From contig JBEPVF010000002.1 in assembly GCA_041691135.1 (NCBI GenBank), forward strand, positions 96,001 to 160,000: a DNA stretch of 64,000 nt. The letters run 5' to 3'. The stretch's first letter is position 1, and each line of letters starts with the position of its first letter. A program made the position numbers and the translations under genes. The DNA is from Candidatus Peribacteria bacterium (GTDB taxonomy: Bacteria; Patescibacteriota; Gracilibacteria; Peribacterales; Peribacteraceae). Under the pieces are notes generated by a model. That model saw nothing but the letters and a program-made list of their open reading frames with translations. It was not told where the DNA came from and did not search any database. Shown piece after piece: positions 19,441-29,460 of the stretch.

Positions 19441-20942
19441 CCTCTTCACTCCAGACACTTCTGAGCGAACTCTACGAGATTGATCCAAGCCTCAAGGATC
19501 ACGAGAGCGAACTCATTCCCCTGCTCGAACAACTGCTGAAACATGATCCGGCACAGACGCCGGATGCGACGTTCGTCGCCACGTTGCGCCGACAGCTGCG
19601 GGAACGCGCAGCCGTGCTTTCATCTTCAACCGGAAAATCAACATGGCAGAAATGGGTGTACGCATTCGGCGGTGCCGTCACCGCTGCCGTCATCCTGCCG
19701 ATCGTCTATATTGCATGGCATCAGCCCAGTAATCCTGCAATGCAAATTCAATCGAACAGCAGTGCATCCGGGCTGTTCGCCTACCGCATTCAGCAGACCA
19801 ATGATCATGCGTTTGGATCGCTGAGCGACGTGGCAGGCGGCGGTGGCATAGTGAACGGTAGCCGGACCGGCGGAGGTGGAGGCGGACCGGAAACGACGGC
19901 GCCCATGGCAGCCAATCAGGCGCAGAGCGATGCCAAATTAATGGCACCCGTGCCGCCGTACGAGATGACTCAGTATGATTATATATTCGACGGAACGTTG
20001 CCTGAACTGTCTGGTGCAAAAGTACCGGTGTACAAGCATGACCCCTCAACGACGCGTCTGCCGCTGTCATCCATCGCCGATTCACTCAACCTCGGCACGC
20101 TCAACCTTGGATCGTTCCAAGGAATGAATGTCGACTCGATGACCTTCTCGCAGAACACACCACTGGGTTACCAGATGACAGTGAGTCTGCGTGACGCGTC
20201 GGTCAACATCAACGCACAGTGGGAAACCTGGCGGCAGTCATCCTGCACGACTGACGAATGCTTCCAGCGCGAGCGCACCAAGATCAGCGATATTCCGCCG
20301 GATGATGCACTCATCGGCATCGCCAAAACGTTCGCCGAAGAACATGGCATCGATCTGGCGCACTACGGCACGCCCGAAGTCGACACGCCCTGGAAGGCCG
20401 ACTACCAACGCACGTCTGACCAGGGCCAGGCCTACATTCCGGATTCGCTGCGCGTGATTTTCCCGCTACTGATAGATAATAAACCGGTGTACGACCAATC
20501 GGGCCTCAAGACCGGCATCAGCATGGGTGTGAATGTGAAAGAGAAAAAAGTAATGGATGTGTGGGGCATCGCCGATCGCACCTACGAAAAATCCGACTAC
20601 GACGGCGTGACGGATGCCGCGACGATCAAAGAATACCTATCGAAGATCGACCACTTCGATCCGGCGGCAACAATGCCGGAAGGTACAAAGGTGCACAAAG
20701 TACAAGTGACGCTGGGTACACCTGTCGTCTCGTACGCATTGTACTACCGCAACGACAAAGCACTGACGACTGAACTGCTCGTCCCCTCTCTCATCTTCCC
20801 GGTCCAACAGACACCGGGATCCACCGAACTGTTCTACCGAACGAGTATCGTGGTACCGCTGGCAACCGATATGCTGGAACAACAACAGCCGAGCGGCGTA
20901 ATGCCGTTGGAAAAGCCGGTGATGGAAGTGGCACCGCGATAA
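19437..20942 (+). CDS. Putative single-TM anti-sigma/sensor with a large extracytoplasmic domain
   Basis: ATGA overlap with the sigma-factor stop; short cytoplasmic N-terminus (PDATFVATLRRQL), one TM, Gly-rich linker. Confidence 0.6.
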   Translation: MTSSLQTLLSELYEIDPSLKDHESELIPLLEQLLKHDPAQTPDATFVATLRRQLRERAAVLSSSTGKSTWQKWVYAFGGAVTAAVILPIVYIAWHQPSNPAMQIQSNSSASGLFAYRIQQTNDHAFGSLSDVAGGGGIVNGSRTGGGGGGPETTAPMAANQAQSDAKLMAPVPPYEMTQYDYIFDGTLPELSGAKVPVYKHDPSTTRLPLSSIADSLNLGTLNLGSFQGMNVDSMTFSQNTPLGYQMTVSLRDASVNINAQWETWRQSSCTTDECFQRERTKISDIPPDDALIGIAKTFAEEHGIDLAHYGTPEVDTPWKADYQRTSDQGQAYIPDSLRVIFPLLIDNKPVYDQSGLKTGISMGVNVKEKKVMDVWGIADRTYEKSDYDGVTDAATIKEYLSKIDHFDPAATMPEGTKVHKVQVTLGTPVVSYALYYRNDKALTTELLVPSLIFPVQQTPGSTELFYRTSIVVPLATDMLEQQQPSGVMPLEKPVMEVAPR

Positions 20943-20958
20943 TCCAGTACCTACTCTT

Positions 20959-20990
20959 TCACCGCTCTCAGGCACGAGGGCGGTGATTTT
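20959..20990 (+). terminator. Hairpin terminator between convergent genes
   Basis: tcaccgctctc/gagggcggtga stem followed by tttt. Confidence 0.6.
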
Positions 20991-20997
20991 ATAATCA

Positions 20998-21903
20998 TTA
21001 GCGTACCTCCGTCGCCTCCACATCCGATGGCTCTTCAATTATAAATCCAATCGTCTTCCGCCGGCTCGCACGCACATCGGCATGCAATTCCAACAATTTT
21101 GTCTGGCCGCTCTGGAGCAAAAAAGGATCGCCGAAGGTGACACGCACCGCGCTACCATCCATGTGTGCGATCGTGCTCGAGACTTTTTCTCCGGCCGATG
21201 TCGCCAGATACAAGTTCTGCACATCAGTGTCAGCCGCTGAGCCGCCGTTCTTGAACGTGATTGCGGTGATCGAATGATCCCGTCGACCATCAGCTGTAAG
21301 AGCGATGCGCGAGACGATGCGATCGGCACCGAAGACAATATCGGTATACAGCGGACGATATCCAATGCTGATTTGTGACGACGCCGAGGCCGATGGCACA
21401 ACCTGTACCGTCTTCTGCTTCGCTATCTGCTGTAGCTTCACCGTCGCTTTCCCCGCATCGAGGTTCACGAGGGTGAATGCATGTTCGCCGCTGGCATCAG
21501 CCGTGCTGGCAATGTCGGCATACAACGTCAGGTCGAGTGATTTGCATGAGGGGACTGAGACTTTTCGGAAGGTGATATCACGATCGTCTTTTGAAATACT
21601 GACGCTGCGCGATACACGTTGCTTCCCGGCCATCACGTAGACGCGGGCGATGTCATCCGTCGATCCCAATCCGCTATGCCGCACCGTGAGCGACGACACA
21701 GGGATATTCGCACCGCATGATGCCTGCAGATGTACATTCAACATCGGCACACGTTGCGCGCCTTGCGGGATGGAGGAGTCAGTGGCGGGAGAAGTGACTT
21801 GAACAGTGAGTGTGGGAGGAGCCGTCTTCGTCGTTGCGGCATAGGCGGTCGTCGAAAAAGCGAGCGACAGCGTGAGCGATAGGAATCCTGTGAGTCGTGG
21901 CAT
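20998..21903 (-). CDS. Secreted beta-rich hypothetical protein with two internally similar halves
   Basis: Signal peptide; repeated pattern (SLTVRHSG..STDDI / AITFKNGG..DTDV; LYADI / LHADV). Confidence 0.7.
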   Translation of the reverse strand: MPRLTGFLSLTLSLAFSTTAYAATTKTAPPTLTVQVTSPATDSSIPQGAQRVPMLNVHLQASCGANIPVSSLTVRHSGLGSTDDIARVYVMAGKQRVSRSVSISKDDRDITFRKVSVPSCKSLDLTLYADIASTADASGEHAFTLVNLDAGKATVKLQQIAKQKTVQVVPSASASSQISIGYRPLYTDIVFGADRIVSRIALTADGRRDHSITAITFKNGGSAADTDVQNLYLATSAGEKVSSTIAHMDGSAVRVTFGDPFLLQSGQTKLLELHADVRASRRKTIGFIIEEPSDVEATEVR

Positions 21904-22161
21904 GGCTGCATTCTAAAGAAATAGAACCTCCGCGTCTGGAAAATCTCAACCTTTCGCGTATTCCTTTGTTTCTCTTAATTATTTTTAAAACACATTTATT
22001 ATTAACACGCATTAAGAGTAGCGTTTTCATTGTTCTCTTTTTGTATTCATACTGTCAAATTCATCCTTATTTGTTTATGAGTATTGAAAATCCAATCTTT
22101 GTCTTTGGTCTTTTCACCTGCAATTTTTGTGAAATGATATTTATGCTCCACTTGATGGAAA

Positions 22162-22659
22162 TTACAGCAGTCCGAACAACTCCTTCCACAATTGATGATT
22201 CTTTTTCTCATCGGTGATTCTCACCATGTCATTCTCATACACGGTTATTTGTGCAATGGTCATCTTTTTCGTAATCCTCCCCGCCTCCAGCAGAAATGTG
22301 TCGACAGATTGTACAAGGGCAACGATCATCTCAAACAGTATCGGACGACGATCCTCCGGAGTTTTGGTATTCTCAAACATTTGATGGGTAATTTTCAAAA
22401 AATCCACCATCAATGCCTGTTCCGTCCGTGCCGGAAGACGATTCTCTGACTTGATTCTGGCAAATTTCAGGACGACTAATTTTCCTTCCCTGACCATGTC
22501 GACTTGAACTGGTTCATTAAAAATCTTCATGTATGTTCCTGAAAATTCGTCTCGCATCTTTACTATTTCAGCAGGAGTTTCGGTGGAAGAGTCGAGAGTG
22601 ATCGAAACTTCTTTGCCCGCATGCATGGCAAGATACAGAGCTTGTACTTCATCCATCAT
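22162..22659 (-). CDS. Hypothetical protein
   Basis: 165-aa ORF with a TTGACA promoter immediately upstream. Confidence 0.6.
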   Translation of the reverse strand: MMDEVQALYLAMHAGKEVSITLDSSTETPAEIVKMRDEFSGTYMKIFNEPVQVDMVREGKLVVLKFARIKSENRLPARTEQALMVDFLKITHQMFENTKTPEDRRPILFEMIVALVQSVDTFLLEAGRITKKMTIAQITVYENDMVRITDEKKNHQLWKELFGLL

Positions 22660-22704
22660 ACATACATTAAATAACCAAAAATGTAATTTGTCAAAATATG
22701 CTCA

Positions 22705-23643
22705 TCAAACTTTCCGCGCCACCGTTACGACCGCGGAGGCCTGTTGAATTGGAGAGCGATCAGCGGGAAGCTCCAGATAAATTCCCATCGAATACTGTCG
22801 ATCGTTCTTACTCTCCTTATTTTTTCCCCCTGCCGTGACCCATTGATTCTCGAGCAGTTCCAGACCCGGCGTATTTTGAATGACAGCGCCAAGTCGCTGA
22901 CGAAATAATTCTACAACGTTAATTCTTTCACTCTGTCCTTTGTACGTCAGAACAGTATTAAGTCCGGCAGTCGGACCCTGCAGTTCCTGCGTCGCATACG
23001 GCTCTGGCGCGGCAAGTTCTTTCAATTGCCTGTGTACGACATCCAGACCTGGTCGCACATCCTGCACATGAAACAGGGATCCGCCGTCACGAAGTCCATC
23101 ACGAATTTGTTTAACTGCATGCGCAAGGTGCTGCGTCGCATCGAGCGACGATAAACCGGTGATCACCGGAAACATAGAACGCACGCCCTGCTTCTGAAGA
23201 CGATGATACGATCCTTGCATAACGGGAAGTGATGGATTTTTCTTCTTATTAATTTCCACTGCTTGTGGATTCAATTCCATCTGTAACCATTTCCCCTGCG
23301 CATCGAATGGAAACAATTTCGCAACCATGTACCCACTTGCTCCTGATCCGATATCCAAACCCGAATCCATCGGCAAAGAGTGACGTGCAAACGCATCACG
23401 CACAATGGCGCGCAGACAATCGACCACGCGCTCTCGCGGTCGTTCAAGCATCACCGAACCAATGAGAGGGTCAAGGGAACTGAGAATCGACTCCTCTTCT
23501 TCTATAGGCGCATCGCTGACATACGCCGGACGCGAGCCTGGGCGGAGATTGCCCGTTTTCGTTAAGATGTCCACAATCGACTGTGGATGGTCCTGACTGC
23601 CTTCATTCATCGTATAGTCGCCAAATTGATGCTCTTTGGACAT
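22705..23643 (-). CDS. Class I SAM-dependent methyltransferase-like protein
   Basis: GLDIGSGASG motif I, acidic residue ending strand 2 (QMELN), LRDGGSLF. Confidence 0.7.
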   Translation of the reverse strand: MSKEHQFGDYTMNEGSQDHPQSIVDILTKTGNLRPGSRPAYVSDAPIEEEESILSSLDPLIGSVMLERPRERVVDCLRAIVRDAFARHSLPMDSGLDIGSGASGYMVAKLFPFDAQGKWLQMELNPQAVEINKKKNPSLPVMQGSYHRLQKQGVRSMFPVITGLSSLDATQHLAHAVKQIRDGLRDGGSLFHVQDVRPGLDVVHRQLKELAAPEPYATQELQGPTAGLNTVLTYKGQSERINVVELFRQRLGAVIQNTPGLELLENQWVTAGGKNKESKNDRQYSMGIYLELPADRSPIQQASAVVTVARKV

Positions 23644-23713
23644 ATTCACACTATAAAACTTTTATTTAACTTGTCAATATTTTGAGGTGTCGTTTTTCCG
23701 TGTCACTTTTTGC

Positions 23714-23744
23714 TTGCACCTCACGTTACGTAAGGGTTTACAGT
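23714..23744 (+). promoter_or_regulatory. MerR-type promoter with 19-bp spacer and dyad operator
   Basis: TTGCAC-N19-TACAGT; imperfect dyad CCTCACGT-T-ACGTAAGG; ATG 6 nt after the -10 element. Confidence 0.8.
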
Positions 23745-23750
23745 GCCGGC

Positions 23751-24509
23751 ATGACTATCCCCTCCCCTCACAACAACGGCACTACCACACAGTGGAAAAT
23801 CGGTGAGCTTGCCGACAAGACCGGGCTCTCGGTGCGTACGCTCCATTATTACGAAGAGATCGGATTGCTGACTCCCAGCAGCCGCACCGATGCGGATCAT
23901 CGGCTCTACAACTCCGAAGACATCGCGCGCTTGCAGCAGATCGTGTCGCTGCGACAGATGGGATTCTCGCTCGACGAGATCAAGTCGTGTTTGAGTAAAC
24001 CGGACTTTTCACCAGAGCACGTGCTCGATATGCATCTGGATCGCATGGGCAAGGAATTGGAGAACTACCAGGACTTGCTCCAGAAGATGCGCGGCATGAA
24101 GCGCCTGATGGCCACCGCCAAGCCGGTGACGAGTGACGACTTCCTCCAGCTGATCGCGTTGATGAATAAGGTGGAAAGTTACTTCACACCCGAGCAGATG
24201 GCCGAGATCAAAAAACGCGGCGAGGAAATGGGTGAAGACAAAATCATCCAGGGCGAGAACGATTGGGCGACATTGATCGCGGCCGTGAAGGTCGAGATGG
24301 AAAAAGGAACTGATCCATCGGATCCCGCTGTCCAGAAGCTTGCCAAGAAATGGATGGATCTGGTGAATGCATTCACGGGTGGGAATCCAGAGATCGCCGC
24401 GAACCTGAAGAAGATGTACGAAGAGAATCCGAATGCATCCAAACAATTCGGCGGTCCGGACCCAGCGATGAGCGCGTACATTCAGAAAGCGATGAAGGAC
24501 AAGCATTGA
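23751..24509 (+). CDS. MerR-family regulator with TipAS-like C-terminal domain
   Basis: WKIGELA...SVRTLHYYEEIGLL, HRLY; C-terminal DPSDPAVQKLAKKW. Confidence 0.9.
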   Translation: MTIPSPHNNGTTTQWKIGELADKTGLSVRTLHYYEEIGLLTPSSRTDADHRLYNSEDIARLQQIVSLRQMGFSLDEIKSCLSKPDFSPEHVLDMHLDRMGKELENYQDLLQKMRGMKRLMATAKPVTSDDFLQLIALMNKVESYFTPEQMAEIKKRGEEMGEDKIIQGENDWATLIAAVKVEMEKGTDPSDPAVQKLAKKWMDLVNAFTGGNPEIAANLKKMYEENPNASKQFGGPDPAMSAYIQKAMKDKH

Positions 24510-24541
24510 ACTCGTAAATAATTATTTGTAGAATCGACAGC

Positions 24542-24955
24542 GTGAGATACCAAACTGCTCGTTATACTGCTGCCGTTCTTACCCTCATAGCAGGGATCAT
24601 TCACGGACTCTATATCCAAGAACATTTTGAAGAATGGTGGGGATATGGTTGGTTCTTCCTTATCTCCACTATTGCACAGCTAGTGTATGTTCCTTTGATC
24701 CTGATGCCACTCGGCAGATTCACTCGTACTGTGTATTGGATTGGCATCATCGGCAATGCAGCCATCGTTATCATGTATCTGGTCACGAGAACCTTGGGTA
24801 TTCCATTCTTTGGCCCCGGAGCCGGAGAAATCGAAGAAGCCAGTTTACTGGGTATTATTTCCGTCGTTGCGGAAATTCTTTTGATCATTGCCCTTGCGGT
24901 ACTAGATACAAAAAACCGCAAAAATCGCCTAAACCTTGCGGGGTTACATACCTAA
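24542..24955 (+). CDS. Small 4-TM membrane protein
   Basis: IH...HFEEWWGYGWFF motif; four hydrophobic segments. Confidence 0.7.
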   Translation: MRYQTARYTAAVLTLIAGIIHGLYIQEHFEEWWGYGWFFLISTIAQLVYVPLILMPLGRFTRTVYWIGIIGNAAIVIMYLVTRTLGIPFFGPGAGEIEEASLLGIISVVAEILLIIALAVLDTKNRKNRLNLAGLHT

Positions 24956-25022
24956 TACGAATCTTTTTGGCTTCACCAAGCGATGTTTTTGATTTATACT
25001 CTCTCTGCTCATTCAAAGCACT

Positions 25023-25434
25023 GGGGATGAAAGGCTTCGACAGCGTGACTCTAATTTGGTCCGCCTCGACTCGGGATGGCGACGGTTCCCGTTACCCACT
25101 TGTCGCAACCAATAGATGCCAAAACATCTGTTTCTGAGCGCCTGAAGACCGTTGGTCGTTTTGCACAATCTGTGCAGAATGCCTTCGCTGTCCCAGCGTT
25201 CGCTTAGTTTCCTCTTTTGGAAACACGTTTCGCCCTCGATTCTCGCTGAAGGGATGAAACGTCATCAGCGGGACGACGCGCTTGTCTGATGTCGCAAGCG
25301 TTCGTATTCCGACATCAACACTCACTCTCCCTCTTTGATTTTTTCTGAGGAGATGTGAGAATTGAAAAGATCATGGTCGTATGGGCAATCAGGTTACACG
25401 TTGGACCCGGGTTCAAGTCCCGGCATCTCCACCA
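25023..25434 (+). ncRNA. ssrA: tmRNA; predicted tag frame 25118-25207 (AKTSVSERLKTVGRFAQSVQNAFAVPAFA*)
   Basis: 5' GGGGATGAAAGGCTTCGAC; 3' T-arm CCGGGTTCAAGTCCCGG and acceptor CATCTCCACCA with a G3:U pair; internal frame ends AFA-stop. Confidence 0.92.
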
Positions 25435-25508
25435 TGATAAATTATTAGATCAAAAATTATTTAACAGATATATATATTATTCAATTGGATATCTGATATA
25501 TTTTATCG

Positions 25509-25898
25509 ATGGATATCTCAGAAAAGACAATCATAAAGCTGCTCCCATTTGAAAGCGCTGTATTGGATATGATTGTAAAGGACGAGACACTTTCAGCTGA
25601 AGATGGTGTCATTTTAAAACAACAGATGAAAGAGGCGATAATCATAAGCCGCAAAATGACGGGTGTTGGCTTTTTTACTGATTTTCAGATTAATGAGGGA
25701 TCTCCGCATTTCAATAAACAAACATTTACTATCGGCAATAAGGTTAGGGCAACAATACCTGGAATTGAATATGGCGTCGGCTTTGTACTTTTTATTGAAA
25801 AGGGAGTCGTAAAGACCCTTGAAGGTTTTACCAACGCGGATACATGGCCAGATCCGTGGCCTAATAATGAAGAGTACAAAGTGTTTGATGAACAGTAA
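25509..25898 (+). CDS. Hypothetical protein
   Basis: 129-aa AT-rich ORF with TGVGFFTDF, LEGFT and WP motifs. Confidence 0.65.
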   Translation: MDISEKTIIKLLPFESAVLDMIVKDETLSAEDGVILKQQMKEAIIISRKMTGVGFFTDFQINEGSPHFNKQTFTIGNKVRATIPGIEYGVGFVLFIEKGVVKTLEGFTNADTWPDPWPNNEEYKVFDEQ

Positions 25899-25979
25899 TC
25901 GGAAGTAGCAAAGTTTGACCCTCGAAACTTTAGCCATTTCTTCATTTGAAGAAAATATAATAATCTATAAAATACAATT

Positions 25980-26250
25980 ATGCTAACCATCAATACCTAC
26001 ATTAACTTCAACGGAAATGCCGAAGAAGCATTCACATTTTACAAATCAGTCTTTGGTGGAGAGTTCGGAAAGATTATTCGCTTTTAAAGACCTCCCAGGC
26101 CTTGGGTCTCACGTGTCAGAGAATGATGCGAATAAAATAATGCAGATTACGCTGCCTATTGGTCACAATGTTTTGATGGCCAATGACATTCCGGAAAGCA
26201 TGGGACGAGTAGCGGAAGTGGATATATTTGTATCCATAAGAGAATTATAA
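25980..26250 (+). pseudogene. Frameshifted, truncated PhnB/VOC-family gene
   Basis: MLTINTYINFNGNAEEAFTFYKSVFGGEF, then an extra T in cgcttttaaa; continues FKDLP...KIMQITLPIG..LMAND in another frame and ends early. Confidence 0.8.
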
Positions 26251-26358
26251 AAGGCGAAGCAGTTTGTACGACTCGAAAATGAGCTGGGCATCTTGTCCAT
26301 CTTTTACGAACCAATTCCACCATATTGACATTGAAAAATAAGGTTTTAAAATACAATC

Positions 26359-28110
26359 ATGGTAAAGGAAAGAGAGGCAACTGATTGGGAGAAAGAATGG
26401 ATAAGACAAGAGATTGAAAGTGCTGTTGCAAGAGAAGCAACTGCAGAGGAAATTGATGGTGTAAGGAGAGCATTGGTAGAACTCCTAGGCCTGTCGTATC
26501 CTCAAGTGAAGGCGATAGCTGCTTGGAAGATTAGACCAGATCAAGACAAACTTGTTTTAGAGTCAACAAAAGTTGTTAACAAACTTGCCGATGTCAAACA
26601 GGGTCAGCCAACAGAAAAAGATAATGCTAATCCTTCGATTATAAATCAAATTGCGGAGCCATTACCCGTAAATACACCTAGTGAGGATAATGCAATAGTA
26701 AATGATAGCAGAATATCTTTTCACCCTAAAAGTGGAGCTTGGATGGACTTCGAAAATAGCCCAATAAAAGATATTTGGAGGAAAGCAGAAGCACAATTTA
26801 TTGATGAGAATTTACCAAGAGATCCTAAGAAAAGAGCAAAGATGAGGGTTTTATGTACTCCCGGAATTAAATGCTATAAAGAAGTTGATCATTTGATTGG
26901 AATCGGAATTCGACCCGAAAATATTGTGGCAGTAGAAAGAGAAAAGGGCGCATGGAATGAGTTCGTAGCAAATTGTAAAGACAAAGGGATAAAGCCTATT
27001 TATGGAGATCTCAGTGATGTTCTCGAAGAAACAAATGAGCCTTTTGATATTGTTACATTAGATTTTCTAGGACAGCTTTGTGCACCAAGCATTGGTATAA
27101 TTCATAAGTTACCTTTAGCAGATAAGGCAGTATTAGCTGTCAACTTCTTAGCAAAAAGAGAGAGCGCGAAAATCCAAGATGACCTTACAAAGCTAAAAAG
27201 GGCATATGGCCCATTGAGTCGTTTAGTAGCTGAAAAAGTAAATGCCCTTATACAATCTGTTTTAGGCAATAATCCTGATTTGGAAGGAATGGGTCCAAAT
27301 GAAGTGTTAAAGTTAGGAAGAAAAGAGGCAAAAGCCGAAATTAATGACACTGAATACGAAGTGGATGAACTGAGGGAGATTAGTCTTTGGTCATTGATGA
27401 GACATGCAGGAACATCGCGAAAAGAAAACTGGATGTTCCGCGAAATGATTCAAACTTGTAACTTTCCAGAGGAATGGTTAAGAAAAAATAAAGGTAAGGA
27501 TCGTGATCAAATCTTGCTACACTTAATTGCTAATTCATTGGGCAATACGTTCGCAGCGGACGATCAAGAACTTTTAGCACACCTAGTGGGACATGGCATT
27601 TATCGAATGGATGGACATAAATATGGATTAGATGCACTAGCCCTAACAACGAATGCTGGTATAAGGCAGATGAGAAAATTGCAAAAATTTAAGTACAAAA
27701 GTCGAATAGGCAAAACTTCAAGTCCTTTTTATGCAAATATGGCTGTCCTTGAAAAAGGAGATTATAAAGAATTTAAAAATACGGCGAAGTTTGTGATGAA
27801 GCCCGTAGTCAATTGCATAGACGAAGGATCTCGAGGTCTGAATACAGATTTTCAATTCTATTTCTCAAAAAAGAGGAGGGAATCTCATGTGATACGGAGA
27901 GCTGATGATATTATTTGGATAAGGAAAGATCTTAACAGAAAATATGGAATTTTTAATCCACTTAAGGGATATAATGGAGATGAAATAGCTCGAATAAATG
28001 TAGGACGATTAGCAGATGAAGTTACTCAATTTAATAAATATATGACGTCTAATAGATTTAATGATCCTCAGTTTGCTGAAAGTATTCCTAGAGAATTACT
28101 TGAACTTTAG
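26359..28110 (+). CDS. Large hypothetical protein with a central Rossmann/methyltransferase-like segment
   Basis: RVLCTPG...IVAVERE...YGDL...FDIVTLDFLG pattern; AT-rich; has its own TTGACA promoter. Confidence 0.6.
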   Translation: MVKEREATDWEKEWIRQEIESAVAREATAEEIDGVRRALVELLGLSYPQVKAIAAWKIRPDQDKLVLESTKVVNKLADVKQGQPTEKDNANPSIINQIAEPLPVNTPSEDNAIVNDSRISFHPKSGAWMDFENSPIKDIWRKAEAQFIDENLPRDPKKRAKMRVLCTPGIKCYKEVDHLIGIGIRPENIVAVEREKGAWNEFVANCKDKGIKPIYGDLSDVLEETNEPFDIVTLDFLGQLCAPSIGIIHKLPLADKAVLAVNFLAKRESAKIQDDLTKLKRAYGPLSRLVAEKVNALIQSVLGNNPDLEGMGPNEVLKLGRKEAKAEINDTEYEVDELREISLWSLMRHAGTSRKENWMFREMIQTCNFPEEWLRKNKGKDRDQILLHLIANSLGNTFAADDQELLAHLVGHGIYRMDGHKYGLDALALTTNAGIRQMRKLQKFKYKSRIGKTSSPFYANMAVLEKGDYKEFKNTAKFVMKPVVNCIDEGSRGLNTDFQFYFSKKRRESHVIRRADDIIWIRKDLNRKYGIFNPLKGYNGDEIARINVGRLADEVTQFNKYMTSNRFNDPQFAESIPRELLEL

Positions 28111-28197
28111 ATTCACATTAATTGATAATTAAGCCACAAGATCACTTTATAATTTATTCTTTTGCTAATTAAGCCCATCTATAAAAGACCAAGCAAT

Positions 28198-28728
28198 ATG
28201 AAGCCAATCCGTTTTACAGCGAAGCCCTACACCATCGGCTCATGGACCATTTTGCGGGTGCCAAAGAGTGTGAGTGCAAAACTTCCATCGCGAGGCATGG
28301 CAATGGTGGAAGGGACTGCCAATGGTTTCAAATTTCAAATCCCACTCGAACCAGACGGGACGGGTGGCCATTGGTTCAAGGCGGATAAAACTATGCGCGA
28401 AGCCATGGGAGCAGATGCAGGCGACGATATAACATTCGCAATCGAGCCGCTCAAAGAATGGCCCAATCCTTCCATGCCAGCAGATTTGAAGGACGCTCTC
28501 GCGACTGTTCCGAAAGCCCAGAGCCTATGGAAGGACATCACGCCCATCGCACGTTGGGATTGGATCCGCTGGATCCGCTCAACCGCAGAACCAGAAACAC
28601 GAAAGCGACGAATCGAAGTGGCATGCTCAAAGCTCAAGTCTGGTGAGCGACGGCCATGTTGTTTTAACCGGAACATGTGCACAGAGCCTTCGGTGTGCAA
28701 GGGCGGAGTGCTCTTGGAACCGATGTAA
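28198..28728 (+). CDS. DUF1905 + YdeI/OmpD-associated domain protein
   Basis: LPSRG...LEPDG.GGHW; WIRWI.S...ETRKRRI; RRPCCF. Confidence 0.8.
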   Translation: MKPIRFTAKPYTIGSWTILRVPKSVSAKLPSRGMAMVEGTANGFKFQIPLEPDGTGGHWFKADKTMREAMGADAGDDITFAIEPLKEWPNPSMPADLKDALATVPKAQSLWKDITPIARWDWIRWIRSTAEPETRKRRIEVACSKLKSGERRPCCFNRNMCTEPSVCKGGVLLEPM

Positions 28729-28809
28729 ATGGGGCTTTGGACTATCAACTTCCGGTTTCACCCCCAAATCCTCTACACTGCTTTCACCCTGTCCCTCCCC
28801 CTTTCTCTT

Positions 28810-29196
28810 ATGTCCACTCGCGTCGGTTCTGTTATCGGCTGGATTTGCGCCAGTCTTGTCGCCCTGTTCACGCTCTTCAGTGCCGCTCTGGAATTCATGC
28901 CCGTCACCGATCCGGTCACGGCCGCCTTCGTCGAAAAGCTCGGCATTACCGGCATGGGCCTCCAACTCGGCATCACAAAAATTATTATCACCCTACTCTA
29001 TCTGTTCCCACGCACGTCGACTGTCGGATTTGTCCTGATCATCGGCTACTACGGCGGAGCTCTCGCCACGAACATCACGCATGGTTTTACATTTATGGAC
29101 ACACTGCCGATCTACGTCGTCTTTGCCCTGCTCACAATCAGCGCTTGGTTCCGCAATCCGGAACTGCTGGCAAGATTGAGAGGGAAGACTGTATAG
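28810..29196 (+). CDS. DoxX-family membrane protein
   Basis: LYLFPRTSTVG...GYYGGALAT. Confidence 0.8.
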   Translation: MSTRVGSVIGWICASLVALFTLFSAALEFMPVTDPVTAAFVEKLGITGMGLQLGITKIIITLLYLFPRTSTVGFVLIIGYYGGALATNITHGFTFMDTLPIYVVFALLTISAWFRNPELLARLRGKTV

Positions 29197-29460
29197 AAGC
29201 AGCATCTTTTCATTGCTTTCATTTACACTATTTTTCATAGCCAAAAGTTTTATAATTTGGCAGTGAGGAAAATTCTCAACGCCATCATGAGCGCCTTTAC
29301 TTTCCTCTTCACAGGAGGTAAATACGGTTCGTATGTGGAAGGCAAACTCTGTCCAAAATGTCATACCAATCGCATTAAATTACACAAGAAGTGCTGCGGT
29401 GCGTGCTACGACAAATACTTCAAATAGAGACACGACTGGGGTCGTCTACTTTCCTTCTGT

